From Trichoplax adhaerens (taxonomy: Eukaryota > Animalia > Placozoa), in NCBI RefSeq assembly GCF_000150275.1, contig NW_002060946.1:6677855-6741854 (forward strand): a stretch of 64,000 nt of DNA, written 5' to 3'. Shown here piece after piece: positions 33,473-46,700 of this stretch (its first letter is position 1; each line of letters begins with the position of its first letter). The notes beneath the pieces were generated by a model that was not told where the DNA came from, ran no database searches, and worked only from the letters and a program-made list of their open reading frames with translations. Made by a program: the position numbers and the translations under genes.

Positions 33473-36400
33473 TTAAAACGGCATCATCGGGGATACTCCT
33501 AAGTTTTTGCCTACTTTAATTTGAGTTTGAGCAGCAATCAAGAGTGATAAAGTATGTGATAGATCACTTTCTGCACGAGCAAGGTTTAATGCTTTCTCGA
33601 ACAGCTCTATACCTCTATCGATGTTACCCCTGTAAATAGACATCAAAAATTCAAGTTCAATTCAATAATCATGATTGAGAAGAATCAGAGATTGGCATGA
33701 TCATCAGCAAAAGTACGCGTCAATGTAACATTACCTTTGGACTTCCACAGTAGCTAAGGTTTCATAGGCAAAATCGCATTTGTTGTCAAGTTCTATTGCC
33801 TTCTCAATTAATTTTATGCCGGCTTCAATATCCTGCTTAAGCTGAACTTGCAATACGCTACAAGTGAATAGTACTTAAATTACTACGATGACAGAACCTA
33901 TGCAGTTCTACAAGTTACAAACTCCAACACAATAGTAAAGCTACCAATAACTACTTACCCTTTATGAACATAATAGCTCGGGAAATTTGGACGTATAGAT
34001 ATTGCTTTATCAAACAGTTCATCTGCTTTTTGCAGCTGTTGCTGATCCTGTAAAATCTGTCAAGAATATTCCATTTTAACTATAGCAATGCATGAGGTCA
34101 CTCCCAAGTCTGATCGTAACTAAATATTCATAGTCACATAATAAATAGTGTAAGAATAATTTTATAACTGCTATACATTTATCAAAAGTTACTCACTTGG
34201 GCATATAAACTAACTGCATCAGCAGAATTGGGATATTTTTCTAGAGCATCTTCGAATGTTTTTATTGATTTCTCAACAAGCGAAGGTGATTGTTGCGTTA
34301 CAGCCGACTTATATCTCGCATAACCAAGGTGAACATATGCTTGAGAGAAATTTTCATTCAATTCATAGCTTTTCTGAAAATCTAACATAGCGTCTGATAG
34401 TCGCTCAAGAAGAAAGTAAGCCTATATTTAAGAACAGCAATATAGTCAAAACGTAGGTAAAGAAAATCTCTTCAAATCAACAATAATATTCGCATCTCCA
34501 ATTAATACTGACTTGTCCTCTGTGATAGTAGATATCGCAGTTTTCTGGGTCTAGCTCTAATGCCGAGGAAAAGTCTGCAATGGCCTCATTAGTTTTTTCT
34601 TGTTGCAATTTATAACTCGCTCTTTTTATTAACGCATTAACCTTGACCTAACATTAGTTTAAAGAGTATTACTATTAGGAAAAATTTGTTAAGATATAAC
34701 ATTATCGACTCAGGATAATTTAAATTATTCTATACATCGTACCCTAGGACTACCATCGTCAAATTCCAGTACTTTGTCAAAATCTTCCAAGGCGCTATCA
34801 CTATCAGTCATTAATAACCTTAACGTTCCACGCAATGCATAAGCTTCAGCCCGGTACGGAGAAAAATCTTTATCGATTTCTTTTGTGCAGTAGTCAATGA
34901 TGTTTTCATAATTGCATTGAGATAGGTTGTATCGTGCAATTAAGAAATAATCATCCTCTTCAAAAGCTGTCGTAAAATTAAAAAGAATTATATCATTACT
35001 GATTTCATTATTTATTTATCTTAATCGTTGCTAACAAGAGATTGACCATCCAATATCATACCAGAAGTATCTACAGTTGGAGCATCAGATATACTTGCTA
35101 ACTGTAATCCATCTGAAACAATTTAACAGTTGCGTAGTGATTATCAAATAACGTCATAATACTCTATTGTTAGCTAGCGTGTACGATACGGTTGCAAATA
35201 TTCCTAAGTCGAGGTATACATAGAAAATAACGCAAATAGACTTTTTCTTACCATTTGCAAAAGATTCCAGATACGTTTGAATGAATGCTGTGGATGGAAG
35301 AAAGTATTGACGCTCCTAAAGATGACAGTTGAAATTATTATACTTACAAGTCAAGAGTTATCCACAAAACTTGTTATAGACAGACGATGATTTAAGAGTA
35401 GAATCGTAAAGCACCAAAGTAAAGACGTACTCACCGCAAATCTTTGCTTGGCTTCAATTTTACCGACAATCTTGAGGACCCTATCAGCTGACATGATTGT
35501 CGCTGCATTTTGAAAACTTTCTAATATGCATTGAGCAGTCAAATCTAATCGTATCCAGAAAATTGACGCGTGATTATACGAGATCGTATCATCAATTCCA
35601 TTAGCGTAATACATCATACAGCAAAATTATACGAAAGTGCAGTAACAGCTATAAGCCATACATAAACTAGAGCACAATTAAATAATAAGAAAACTGGCAG
35701 TATTCATAAACGTTGATAAAGAGGTATACTAGAACCTTCTAAACATTTTCTGTACTCCTTTAGTTCCTCATAAGCTCTGCTTCTACGATTTATGGCTTTA
35801 ACATAGTGCTTATTTAGTTCTAAAGCTAAAAGTAAAATAGTAAAATGAAGTTCATAATTATTCATGGGTCATTTTAATCTACGATACCATATTGACGAAT
35901 TCAATCTACAATTATTTATTGTTATTCATAAAATTGATTACAACTAAAGCTGTTGGAAAGACAGCATAATCGTGTTTCTATTAAAGCAACTAAGTAAACA
36001 AACAAAAGTAATATCTTGTAATGAACAATAAGATCACATAGGGTAACTTCTCAATCACATACATTTTTAAATTAATCCTATTTCGAAAATTATTTCTTTT
36101 TAATATGATTACAGTAATGTTAATTGTCTTTTAGATTACTTTTTTTACTACCGATGCAATTAATAGGAAAGGGTTACTGTTACTGTAGTAGATTACATTT
36201 ATTCCACCATTGTAATTTATTGAATAAAAAAGTCGATTGGATTATGATAATGGTAGATAATTACCGCTGTTGCAATCTTCGACGACCTTATCAAATTCTT
36301 TCTACAATAAACATATCAAAAGCAGAAATTTGCAGAGGTTAATAATAAATCCAAGGTAAACGATAGCACGTGTATTATTTAATAACTAAAAGAGGTTTCC

Positions 36401-38370
36401 TTGACCACTACATCATTTGTAGTATCCATTAATTATTACAGCCATTACTAAAGAGCAATGAAGGGATTTGTATTTTGTCTAACTGCACTCAAATCAGTGA
36501 TCTGACAGTACTACTACTATACAGTATAGAATCTATTATCGTAGCCATTACAGGAAAGGAATGAAGAAATTGCGTTTTAGCTAACTGTATTAAATCAGTA
36601 GTTTCCTAGTATGGCCATTACAGAAAGAGCGTCATGAAAAAACTCTACTGTAGCCTAGCTGTACTGAATCAGTAGCTCGATGGCATTACAATATCGTCCA
36701 TAATATCTATCAATCATTGTAGTCCTTACAGAAATATTATGAAGAAAAGGATTTTTTATGTAGCATTACTGTACACAATGAACAGCAATCTGTCATAGTG
36801 TATTGCAGTTATTACCAATTGCTCGTAGGCTGCCGCACGATTTTGATATAACACCGATCTGATATCAGATTCAGAAGAAGGACAAAGCTCAATGGCTTCC
36901 GTATAACATCGAATGGCTTGCTCATATTTGCCGCCTTTGAAAAATTTGTTGCCTTTGCCTTTGACAGCAGATGCTCTTTCTTTAGCTGACTGTACATAAT
37001 AAAAAAAGAAACGATACATCAATTTTAAAGACGAAGCAGTAAACTTTAACATACTCATGAATTCATTTGTAAATAGTTCATCTTAATATAACTGGATGAC
37101 TTTGATGCCATTTAATAATGTAATTATCATTATCATGACGACAACAGTAATAATAGTCAGAATAAGCCGTGAACTGATCAATTTAAAACAATTAACTCTT
37201 GAACTCCTTCAGCCATTCAATCCTTGCCATGGTTGTATAGTGTACAATCATTGCAAATTAGCATTAACAGCATAGGATTGATGTGAAACATCGTGCATTA
37301 TCCCTTTCACCAGTGAAAAGACTTTTTCGTTATTCTTTAATGAAGGGAAATAGCCAAGGAAATGAATCCTACCATTTACTGCGTCCATCCCACTTACATT
37401 ATTGGTGAGTCGAACTACTGCTAGTTGATTAATCGTTCATCAGGTACTGTCACTAGTCCTAAACTGAGTGCAATCTACGAAAAATTGGAGGTCAACTCGA
37501 ATAATGCGATTAAGATATTGGCCTCCATCTACGTGTATCGAGGGATATTGACTGGTTTGATATGACATCATTCAATATGATGGTAGGGCACTTTTCGATG
37601 TATCAGCACCAAGGTGGATTTTACCCATTCAAAATGCTACAGATAATGGACTATGTATCAAGATGAAAATAAAAGAGTAGAATAAGATGATGCTGAGTAA
37701 TATGATTCCAATATCGACCTCCATCGACGTGTATGTATGGTTATGGTAGGAATATTGAATGATTGATATGATATCAATCAATCAATCCGATCCTCGTTGT
37801 CCACGATATTCATACCCATGATCATCGTCTCATCAGCAGCACCAAGTAATGTGACTTTTGACCCATTGACAATACAACAGATCATTTGCCATGAATCAAG
37901 TTGACAATAAAACATCAGAATAAGATGATAGTGAATTGTATGATTGCAATATGGACCTCCATGGAAGCATAGCTATGACGATGGAAAAGACATTGATTGA
38001 TAGAACATCAAGCAAGACGGTCGGTCGTCCATGACGTTAATAGGTCCATCTCAGCAACAAGTAATGTGATTTTTACTCATTGAAAATACAACAAATTATC
38101 AGGCATCAAATTGAGCGTAAAAGAGGAAAAATAAGATGATATTACCATATTTGCATCATCTGTTTGATCGGATTTTTCATCGCTAACAACTGGTTGAACA
38201 TCCGCTTGTTGAGGCTGTCTCGCTGCAATGCTGCTTTGACCACGCCGATAGTAGTAATAAGCTGCACCAACACCAACACCCACACCTAATAGCAACGCTA
38301 CTTGCCATTTGGATAAATTGGCAAGACTACCACCTTTATCATCGCCAAGACTCTCCTGATTCGATGCCAT
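33473..38370 (-). CDS. TOMM70: Mitochondrial import receptor TOM70, multi-exon
   Basis: N-terminal anchor KWQVALLLGVGVGVGAAYYYY. TPR clamp KGKGNKFFKGGKYEQAIRCYTEAI...YQNRAAAYEQL. MSADRVLK; LPSTAFIQTYLESF; DNKCDFAYETLATVEVQRG; the C-terminus ends LGVSPMMPF*. Confidence 0.94.
36430..36765. repeat. Degenerate tandem repeat (about 70-110-bp units) in a TOM70 intron
   Basis: Recurrent cattac...atgaa...ctaactg...aatcagt blocks at about 36443, 36546, 36616 and 36726. Confidence 0.65.
37510..38142. repeat. Degenerate repeat (about 210-240-bp units, x3) in TOM70 intron 1
   Basis: cctccat..., cagcaccaag..., ttacccatt... and aataagatgat recur (the last at 37681, 37919 and 38130). The last copy abuts the exon-1 donor. 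Confidence 0.7.
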
Positions 38371-38510
38371 CAATTCTATCAACCTGCAACAGCAAGAAGG
38401 ATTGAAGAAAACCAATCAACAAGTATACTGCAATTTTCCAACAAGCAAAGCGACAAGCGGCGGCGCTTCTGCAGCCCACAGAGTTTTGCCTTCCACTAGG
38501 AAAAAATGAA

Positions 38511-39402
38511 GCTTTTGTACCCACTGCAGGATCCGGTTGACCGGCAGAGAGGGTCAGTCACTTGGCAGTCGTCCGTTGAAAGGGCATCACGTCATGTCCG
38601 GTTGAAGTGGCCGACGTTACACCCGTTCTGATCTCCTGTTCTGGACAGTCTACAGTCTACAGTCTACAGTACACTGAGTGTACAGAGTACAGTAGTGGTG
38701 AAATCACCCTACGCTCAATGACACGCTCGTTGCTTTTGTACCCACTGCAGGATCCGGTTGACCGGCAGAGAGGGTCAGTCAGTTGGCAGTCGTCCGTTGA
38801 AAGTGCATCACGTCAGGTCGGTTGAAGTGGCCGACGTTACACCCGTTCTGATCTCCTGTTCTGGACAGTCTACAGTCTACAGTCTACAGTACACTGAGTG
38901 TACAGAGTACTGTACAGTAGTGGTGAAATCACCCTGCTGTACTGTACGCTCAATGACACACTCGTTGCTTTTGTACCCACTGCAGGATCCGGTTGACCGG
39001 CAGAGAGGGTCAGTCAGTTGGCAGTCGTCCGTTGAAAGTGCATCACGTCAGGTCGGTTGAAGTGGCCGACGTTACACCCGTTCTGATCTCCTGTTCTGGA
39101 CAGTCTACAGTCTACAGTCTACAGTACACTGAGTGTACAGAGTACAGTAGTGGTGAAATCACCCTACGCTCAATGACACACTCGTTGCTTTTGTACCCAC
39201 TGCAGGACCCGGTTGACCGGCAGAGAGGGTCAGTCAGTTGGCAGTCGTCCCGTTGAAAGTGCATCACGTCAGGTCGGTTGAAGTGGCCGACGCTACACCC
39301 GTTCTGATCTCCTGTTCTGGACAGTCTACAGTACTGTACACTGAGTGTACAGGGTAGAGTACTGTAGTGGTGAAATCATTCTACGCTCAATGACACACAC
39401 TC
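38511..39402. repeat. GC-rich tandem array, 220-235-bp unit x4, starting about 140 bp upstream of the TOM70 ATG
   Basis: gcttttgtacccactgcagga occurs at 38511, 38732, 38967 and 39187. Each unit contains catcacgtca and a cagtctacagt/gtac patch. Confidence 0.97.
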
Positions 39403-40582
39403 GATAGTCCACGCTTGTGTGCCGTGGGTGGGGTTAGTGTCTGTCGGTCTTTGGAGTCTTCTTTATAGTAGGAGTACGCATGCATGGCCTAGCTACTGTT
39501 GTCATAAACTGGCACGTAGCAAAGACTACGAGCTAGGAATCAAATCATTTTTCACGCCATCTTGCAAATGCTTCCAATGGCTGTAGACTAGAGGTACAGT
39601 AGACTCGGTACTGCAAGAATCACTAGAAAGTGGGAATGCCCTGAGAAAACTCTTCAACCACACTGGAGTACTGTTGACGCATCTGTAGGCGTGACCCTAG
39701 TCGCACGTTGACCCTTTTGGACGATCGCAATGATGGAAAAGCGTTCTCAGTCGTCGCGTGGAGTGTCGTTCCTCCGATGGTGTCAACCCTTATCGCTAGC
39801 TCATGTATTGAGCACACCACAGTACTGTCCCCTAGATTGACGGTACGGTACCGTACCGTACCGTGGGTCATTTCACTCGACTCATTGCATCAGCTCTTCT
39901 CGATCATCTAGTTCCATTTGACACTATGGCGACCAATTTGATTAGGATAAATAAATAAATGGAGATTAGAATTCAATTCAAATTACATTGATCAGACAGG
40001 ACATGAAAGACTCTTTTCGACTGTCAGGATTAGTTAAAAGATTAGGATTACTCACTCTGAGCGATAATCAATCAATCAATGCTGAATAATAACCATATTC
40101 AACCTCGACGAATCACTACTACAGGCCAGCATAGGCTCTAGGACGAGGAAGAAAGCAGAAATGGGCAAATGAATGCAAAAACAATGGCTGTCCGAAAGGG
40201 CAGTCAAGCTATTTTTCTATACATGGAGGCCCATTATGACTATTATGCTAAATTGTACAGTACAATTTGCATTCGACCCAAACATTGAGGGAAATGACTG
40301 AGTCTAATGTACAACATTGGACATGGATGTTGGCAATACCATCTTGCCTCCATTTTAAGGTGGGTTGAAAAAAAATCGGCCAATGATCAGCCTCTTGTCA
40401 AACTTGAAGCTTTTAAGAACGGTGTGCTAGGCGTAAAATAGTATGCATTGAAAGAGCCATCGAAAGTGGTTGATGTTCATAAGAGTGCTTCAGGCAATCA
40501 ACATCAAATATGGCGACATGCAATACTGTACCAGAAAATGAGGAGAATCATCCTTTCATTCATTCTATCGCAGCTTAAAGGA

Positions 40583-40813
40583 ACAGTAGATGGCATTCGT
40601 AAATTGACCATTGTCTTTATCGGGAAATATCACATCGAATGCCCTTTGAATGGCTTCAATGAACAGCAGATAGCATTCGTTAATTGAGGATTGTCTTTAT
40701 TGGGGAATATCACATCGAATGCCCTTTAAATGCCTTCAATGAGCAGTAGATGGCATTCGTAAATTAATGATTGTCTTTATGGGGAATTATCACATCGAAT
40801 GCCCCTTGAATGG
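40583..40813. repeat. About 80-bp tandem repeat x3
   Basis: cagtagatggcattcgtaaatt...atcacatcgaatgccc is repeated three times. Confidence 0.9.
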
Positions 40814-41149
40814 CAGCTCTATTATACAGCTTACAGTATTTCTATACTACCCAAAATACCGAATACCGTATTTTATTCTAAATCCCACATTGAATCACCC
40901 GTTTACCGCATCCATTTCGCAATTATCCAGTTAGATGACACTGAATGCTCATTTAACAGCTAATCAACCTTCTCGTTATCTGCTCTTAGATATAAGTAAA
41001 GTAATAGTGAATGAATCTCAGACCGTATTCGTTGTCGTCTCTATCCATAAATATCCCATTCCATTAGCCTTTCCATAACTTATCCAATTATACACTCATT
41101 TACCTGTATACGAGTGTACGGTCTTGAAGGTAAAAAGGTTCCCAACGAT

Positions 41150-42550
41150 TTCATCCATTCCAGATTCAATGCACGGTAGACGGCATTAATGCTGCAATTA
41201 TCGAAAAATATTGCATTCATACTCAAAGAAAAATGCCTTGCCTATCACTAATTCGATACATTGAGTTAAAATTAAACCTGCATATATAAAGAGAATAATT
41301 CTCTTTTTATTCCATTCCTAGATTGCATGAATGAAACACCTTGTCGTAGATTCGATAGTGATTTAGATAAAGTTAAATTGACCTGAAAAATGAAGAGACT
41401 GATTTTCCATTCATTCCATATCCCGAAATTGAATGGATAGCAGACTCCATAAATTTGCCGTCGTTATTCAGAAATATCATCTAAAGTAGCCTTTCAATGA
41501 CTAATCATTTGTACACGTATACGAGCATACGCGTACTACTCCCAGAATATATAATTTATCCCTATCTCAGAGTAAGCGAATCATAGATTGCATAAATTAC
41601 CACAATTATGAGAAATATTATATTCGTAATGACTTATCAGTGCTATACAGAAATCACTCAAAAAGTCGCTTGTTGATTACAGATACGATAGTCATTTAAA
41701 TTAACCTAGATATGCGAAGAAAATAATTATCCTTTCATTCTATAGTATAACCCTGATTGAATGGATAGTAGATTGAATAAAGTATCCTTGTTGCCGAGAA
41801 ATATCACAATCTACATTTTGACTATTCTAGTCGATAGTAATGTAGCTGAAATTAACCAGGAACTACTAAATGGACAGGATGATTATCCTTTCATTCCCTA
41901 TCTCAAATTAAATTAAATGAAATGAATGACAGACTGCATAAAGTATCATTATCGAAAATATCGCACTTAATATCTTGTCTATGCTGTTCGATAATCATTT
42001 TAATGAAATTAACCAGGAATTGCTGTACGGAGAGAATAATTATCCTTTTATTTCCTATCTCAAGCTGAATGAATTATAAACTACATAGAAATTCATTAGG
42101 ATCAAGAACTAGCGCATTCAACATTTTGTCTATCCCATTTAATAGAGCTTTAGCAGAAATTAACCTGGAAACATTGCATGAAGAGAATAATCATTCTATA
42201 TCTCAAATTAAATGAATAGTAAACTGTATAAAGTGTCATTCTTATCCAAAAATTGTCATGTTTCACACTTTATCTATCATAGATTCGATAGTGATTTAGC
42301 TTAAAATTAACCAAGATACATGAAGAGAATGACCATTCTTTCATTATGTGTTTTGGATTTTATAAATGGTAGGCAGTATCAATTGTAGTTCTTCTGGAGA
42401 AATATTATAGTCAACGCTTTATCTATCCTATTCGATAGCAATTTAGCGGAATGAACCAGCAAGTACTGTATTGAGAAATGATCATCCTTTCATTTTACGG
42501 TATATCCTGAGCAATAGACTGCATAAATCGGCGTTATAACCAAGAATTAT
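41150..42550. repeat. Old, degenerate tandem array (about 145-155-bp unit, about 9-10 copies) upstream of the GABA-B-like gene
   Basis: Recurring tcgatag..atttag..aaattaacc.gga...agagaataattatcctttcatt...gaatg...agactgcataaa. Anchors at about 41687, 41832, 41988, 42285 and 42432. Confidence 0.8.
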
Positions 42551-43750
42551 CATAGTTGTTATGCATATGCCAACTTTATTAATCTACAGTAGATAAGAAT
42601 GTAAACATAATTCAACCCACAGCTGTATGCAGAATCATGGACTACTAGATAGGGAAAAATTTTAAAGTCTATGGCAGAATACATATCTTATTCTATGCAT
42701 TATGCATAAGCGCATTTTAATCTAGTAGCGGTTTAAATTATCCATAAATGCATTCCTAGATTTATCACAATTAGCTATATCATAACTAGTACACATAACT
42801 TACATATTTAGATTTCATTTACGTTATTTAATATAATCATCAATACTTTTTAATGCAAAATCAATTACATTGGTACCACGCTATTACGGGTTTTTACCGT
42901 ATGCGCGAGTAAAACCCCTCCAAAAGTACTTCATTCGATATCTTAGATTGAGTAAAAATGACGGACTAAATACATTGTCGTCTATAGCCAGAAATGCCAC
43001 ATTTGATACTCTTTCAGTGACCCAATCAGTTATACCCATGCGAGTAAAATACCTTAATGGAAGGATTTCACTGCATATCTTAAATTGAGTGGGTTGTAGG
43101 CAGCATATACGAGTATATCATAATCACTGAGAAGGATCTCATTGAACATTATTTTAATGGCTAAGTAATTATACTGTATATACATACGTACATACTGTCA
43201 AAAATAAAATACTCTCGTCAATCATAACCTTGACAGCGATTTAGCTAAAATTAAGCAAACTAATAACGAAGAGGAAATTTACTACTGGAAGTAACCATAT
43301 AAGAAAAATGAGTTACGAAGTCTGGACATCATGGTGATCGTGAATAGTAAAATGATTATTTACATTAGATTAAAAATAAATGATTACAGGCCCCAAATTT
43401 TGTATACAACTTAATATAGCTACTTTTTAAAACATTATTTTGTATAGTTAATTTATAATTGCAAGAACATATTACAAATCATCCTTGCTGATGCTTAGTA
43501 TTTATTTATTAATTTATGAATTAACCAATAATTACAATCTAACCGCAGCAAACCCCGATAAAAAAAATACCCAAAGGTAGAGACAGGTACTGCCACTTTA
43601 GTCTAGTTATTATACGATTGGCTGCACTTAGTATATTGGTTAATTTTTATAAGGATATTTTACAACATTATCCAAGTTCAGTTCTGTAAGAAAACTACAG
43701 CTCAGAAAGAGTCAAAAATTAATAAATATTAGGAAATAATTGATTCAGCC

Positions 43751-46700
43751 ATGGCAAGGATAGGATGTTATCTATTAATTGGTTGTCTATGTCTGCTATT
43801 AATTGATCTTAGCTATAGTCAAGCGGAAAAGAGATCGATTCGAGTCGGAACATTTCTTCCTATGACAGGCCCTTTGGCTGTCGGATTAATTGTGGTGCCT
43901 GCTTTAAATATGGCCTTAAAAGATATTAATGGTAATAATTCCATACTACCAGGATATATATTGGAATCAAAGTATCAAAATACTGAAGTTAGTATTAATC
44001 GGCTTTATTCACATATTTAGAAGATGATTTTAAATTTTTCATATATTATTAAGCTACATCTCCTGAGATACCTTGAGAAAAAATTAACCGCACAATATCT
44101 TTTTCATAAGATTGAATACAGTAACGCTATTTCATTATTGTCATCAAGGAATAAGCTTGCAAGGGAATTATTTCAAATATTTAATGGAAAGGACATACTA
44201 TACTGTCTTGTAAAGTAACTCCATAACACAGTGCATTAAATAGCTCATGTCCACACAAAAATGAAAACCATCAATATTCTGTTATAGTTTACCGCCAAGT
44301 ACGGTACTATATTTACGCTTACTTTTCAATCCGTTGTAACTGCAGCACTCACCTATTTAATATAATCGTGAAATATAGTGCGATCCGGGTATAGGAACCA
44401 AAATATTGTACGATTTTTTGTACGCTAAAAATAAAACCACCATTATCTTTGGACCTGGATGCTCACCGGTCGCACGGCCTGTTGCTGAAACTGCTAAATT
44501 GTACAACCTAGCTCAGGTTAGCAATGGTATTGGATGCTTTCAACTTTTAGTCATTCGAACTCATCGATAATCACTATAACATGAATATTAGAATTGGGTA
44601 CCACTACATTAACTTCAAGATCTACGCGTAATTTAGCATAAAATCTTTCTTTTCTGTAATAAAAATTGATTTAGGTTTCCTACGCTGCTTCATCGCCCGC
44701 ACTATCAGATCGCAATAAGTACTCATCATTTTATCGTCTGTATCCCAGTGAGTCATCCTTCAATGCACCAAGATTGGCCCTCGTTAAATATTTCGAATGG
44801 AAGACAGTAGCTACTATTCATCAAACCGCCGATGTTTTCTCCTTATCCATGAAAGAAATGATTGAATCTTTTCAATCCAATAATATTACTGTACTTGCTA
44901 GCGAACAAATATCTGATGATCAAGATCCAGCTGTTTCCATACAGTATATAAAGGCAAATTAAACAAAATTTGATAAGGTTGCAATAATTAATGCGTTAAT
45001 TAATCGATATGTCATGCGTTATGTGATTTTTTTCAAAGAATAAAGACGCGCGAATAATCCTCCTTAGCTCTTATGAAGATCTAGCTCGAAAAATCGTTTG
45101 TTCAGTATGTCTTTTAGAGTAGTTTACCACGTAATAACCTTTTTCAAAGCCTTAGCTTAAAATTAGACGAACTAAATCTACCGCTAATTCGACCGGATTA
45201 CATTTATAAGTACAACAATTTACCAGTATAAATAGACATGTTTCACTGGCTCTAGGCTACCAGAAATGGACTCATGACGTTAAAACATGTCTGGTTTTTC
45301 ATGGGTTGGTATAGCGATAATTGGTGGAGCGTTGCAGATCCTAATGTCGAATGTAGCCCACAAGAAATGAGAGATGCTATGGGAAATATTACCGCATTTT
45401 CTGTTAGCTATCTAGCTAACATTAGTGATACTAGGATGACCAGCACAGGAATGGTAAGTTATGACATTTGATGAGTACTTTCATGTGTTTTAGAAATTAA
45501 AATTACATGTAGCAGGTCAATTATGACGTATTAATGCATCTTTAAAATAGTTAATAATAATAAATGATCCTTTTCAAGCAGAAATTACTAAATCTGATTG
45601 CTAGACTTTCGCACATGATCACAATTTATAAATTAAGATTATCAAGTGTATAAGTCTATACTACCAGATGAAAGTTTCCATCTTAAATTAATTAAAAGAA
45701 TGTCGGACTTTTGATATAAGATTCTTGACAGTACATGTACAAATTTAAACCAGCTATATCAAAAGAGATGAAAGCCCAATTACTTAAATTAGGAAAATAT
45801 CAGCTCATCATTTGATATTAAATGTATCAATATACATCCAATCACCTTTTATTCCAAACTTTAGTTTTCATCAATTATAACTGAATATTTTTTTCAGTCT
45901 GCTTCAACATTTCAAAGTATTTATGACAAGGAAGCGTACAAGTTATATAACCGTTCTGGTTGGAACACAGCTGGCTTTGCATGGGATGCTTTTTGGACGA
46001 TTGCTTTCGCTTTAGATGGAGCAGAAAAACAGTTATCTAGACAGTCGCCTCCCGCTCATCTTTACCAATTTGATTATAATAACACACTAATAGGAGATAC
46101 TATCCACGATAATCTCAAGGCAACCAATTTCTTAGGAGTTACGGTTAGTCTGTCTCGATTTGACTCATTTTTGGTTATCAAGTATCAGTTATAAAGCTTA
46201 CTATCATTTTAATTTTAGCATATTATATTTTCAATGTAGTAGTGTACAAGGAAATTAGAGTAATTAGAGCAATTTCTACAAATCTGTATGTATCCATTAC
46301 TTGTAACGTTATTTCTATGCTTTCGTCTACACACGCGATTATTTTCCAGAAGGAAAACTAAATACAGTTTGAGTAGTCTATATAAGATCTTTCTATACTC
46401 TTTATCCTATGATGTTGTTTCTATACTTTCCTTAACAGGCGAGTTTAGTTTTTCCTTTAAAAATCTGTGCAGTTAGAATCATCATGTAACGTTACCTCTG
46501 TACTTTCATCTACAGGCGAGGCTAGTTTTCAAAAAGAAAAAAATGAATGCAGTTAGAGTAATCTGCAGTATAAATCTCTACATATACTTTACCATACAAT
46601 ATTACTTGTATACTTTTGCCTATAGGCGAGTTGTAGTTTTTACAAAGAAACTAGTAAATTTAGAGTAATTTATAAATCTCTGTGTATCCTTTCCAACTCA

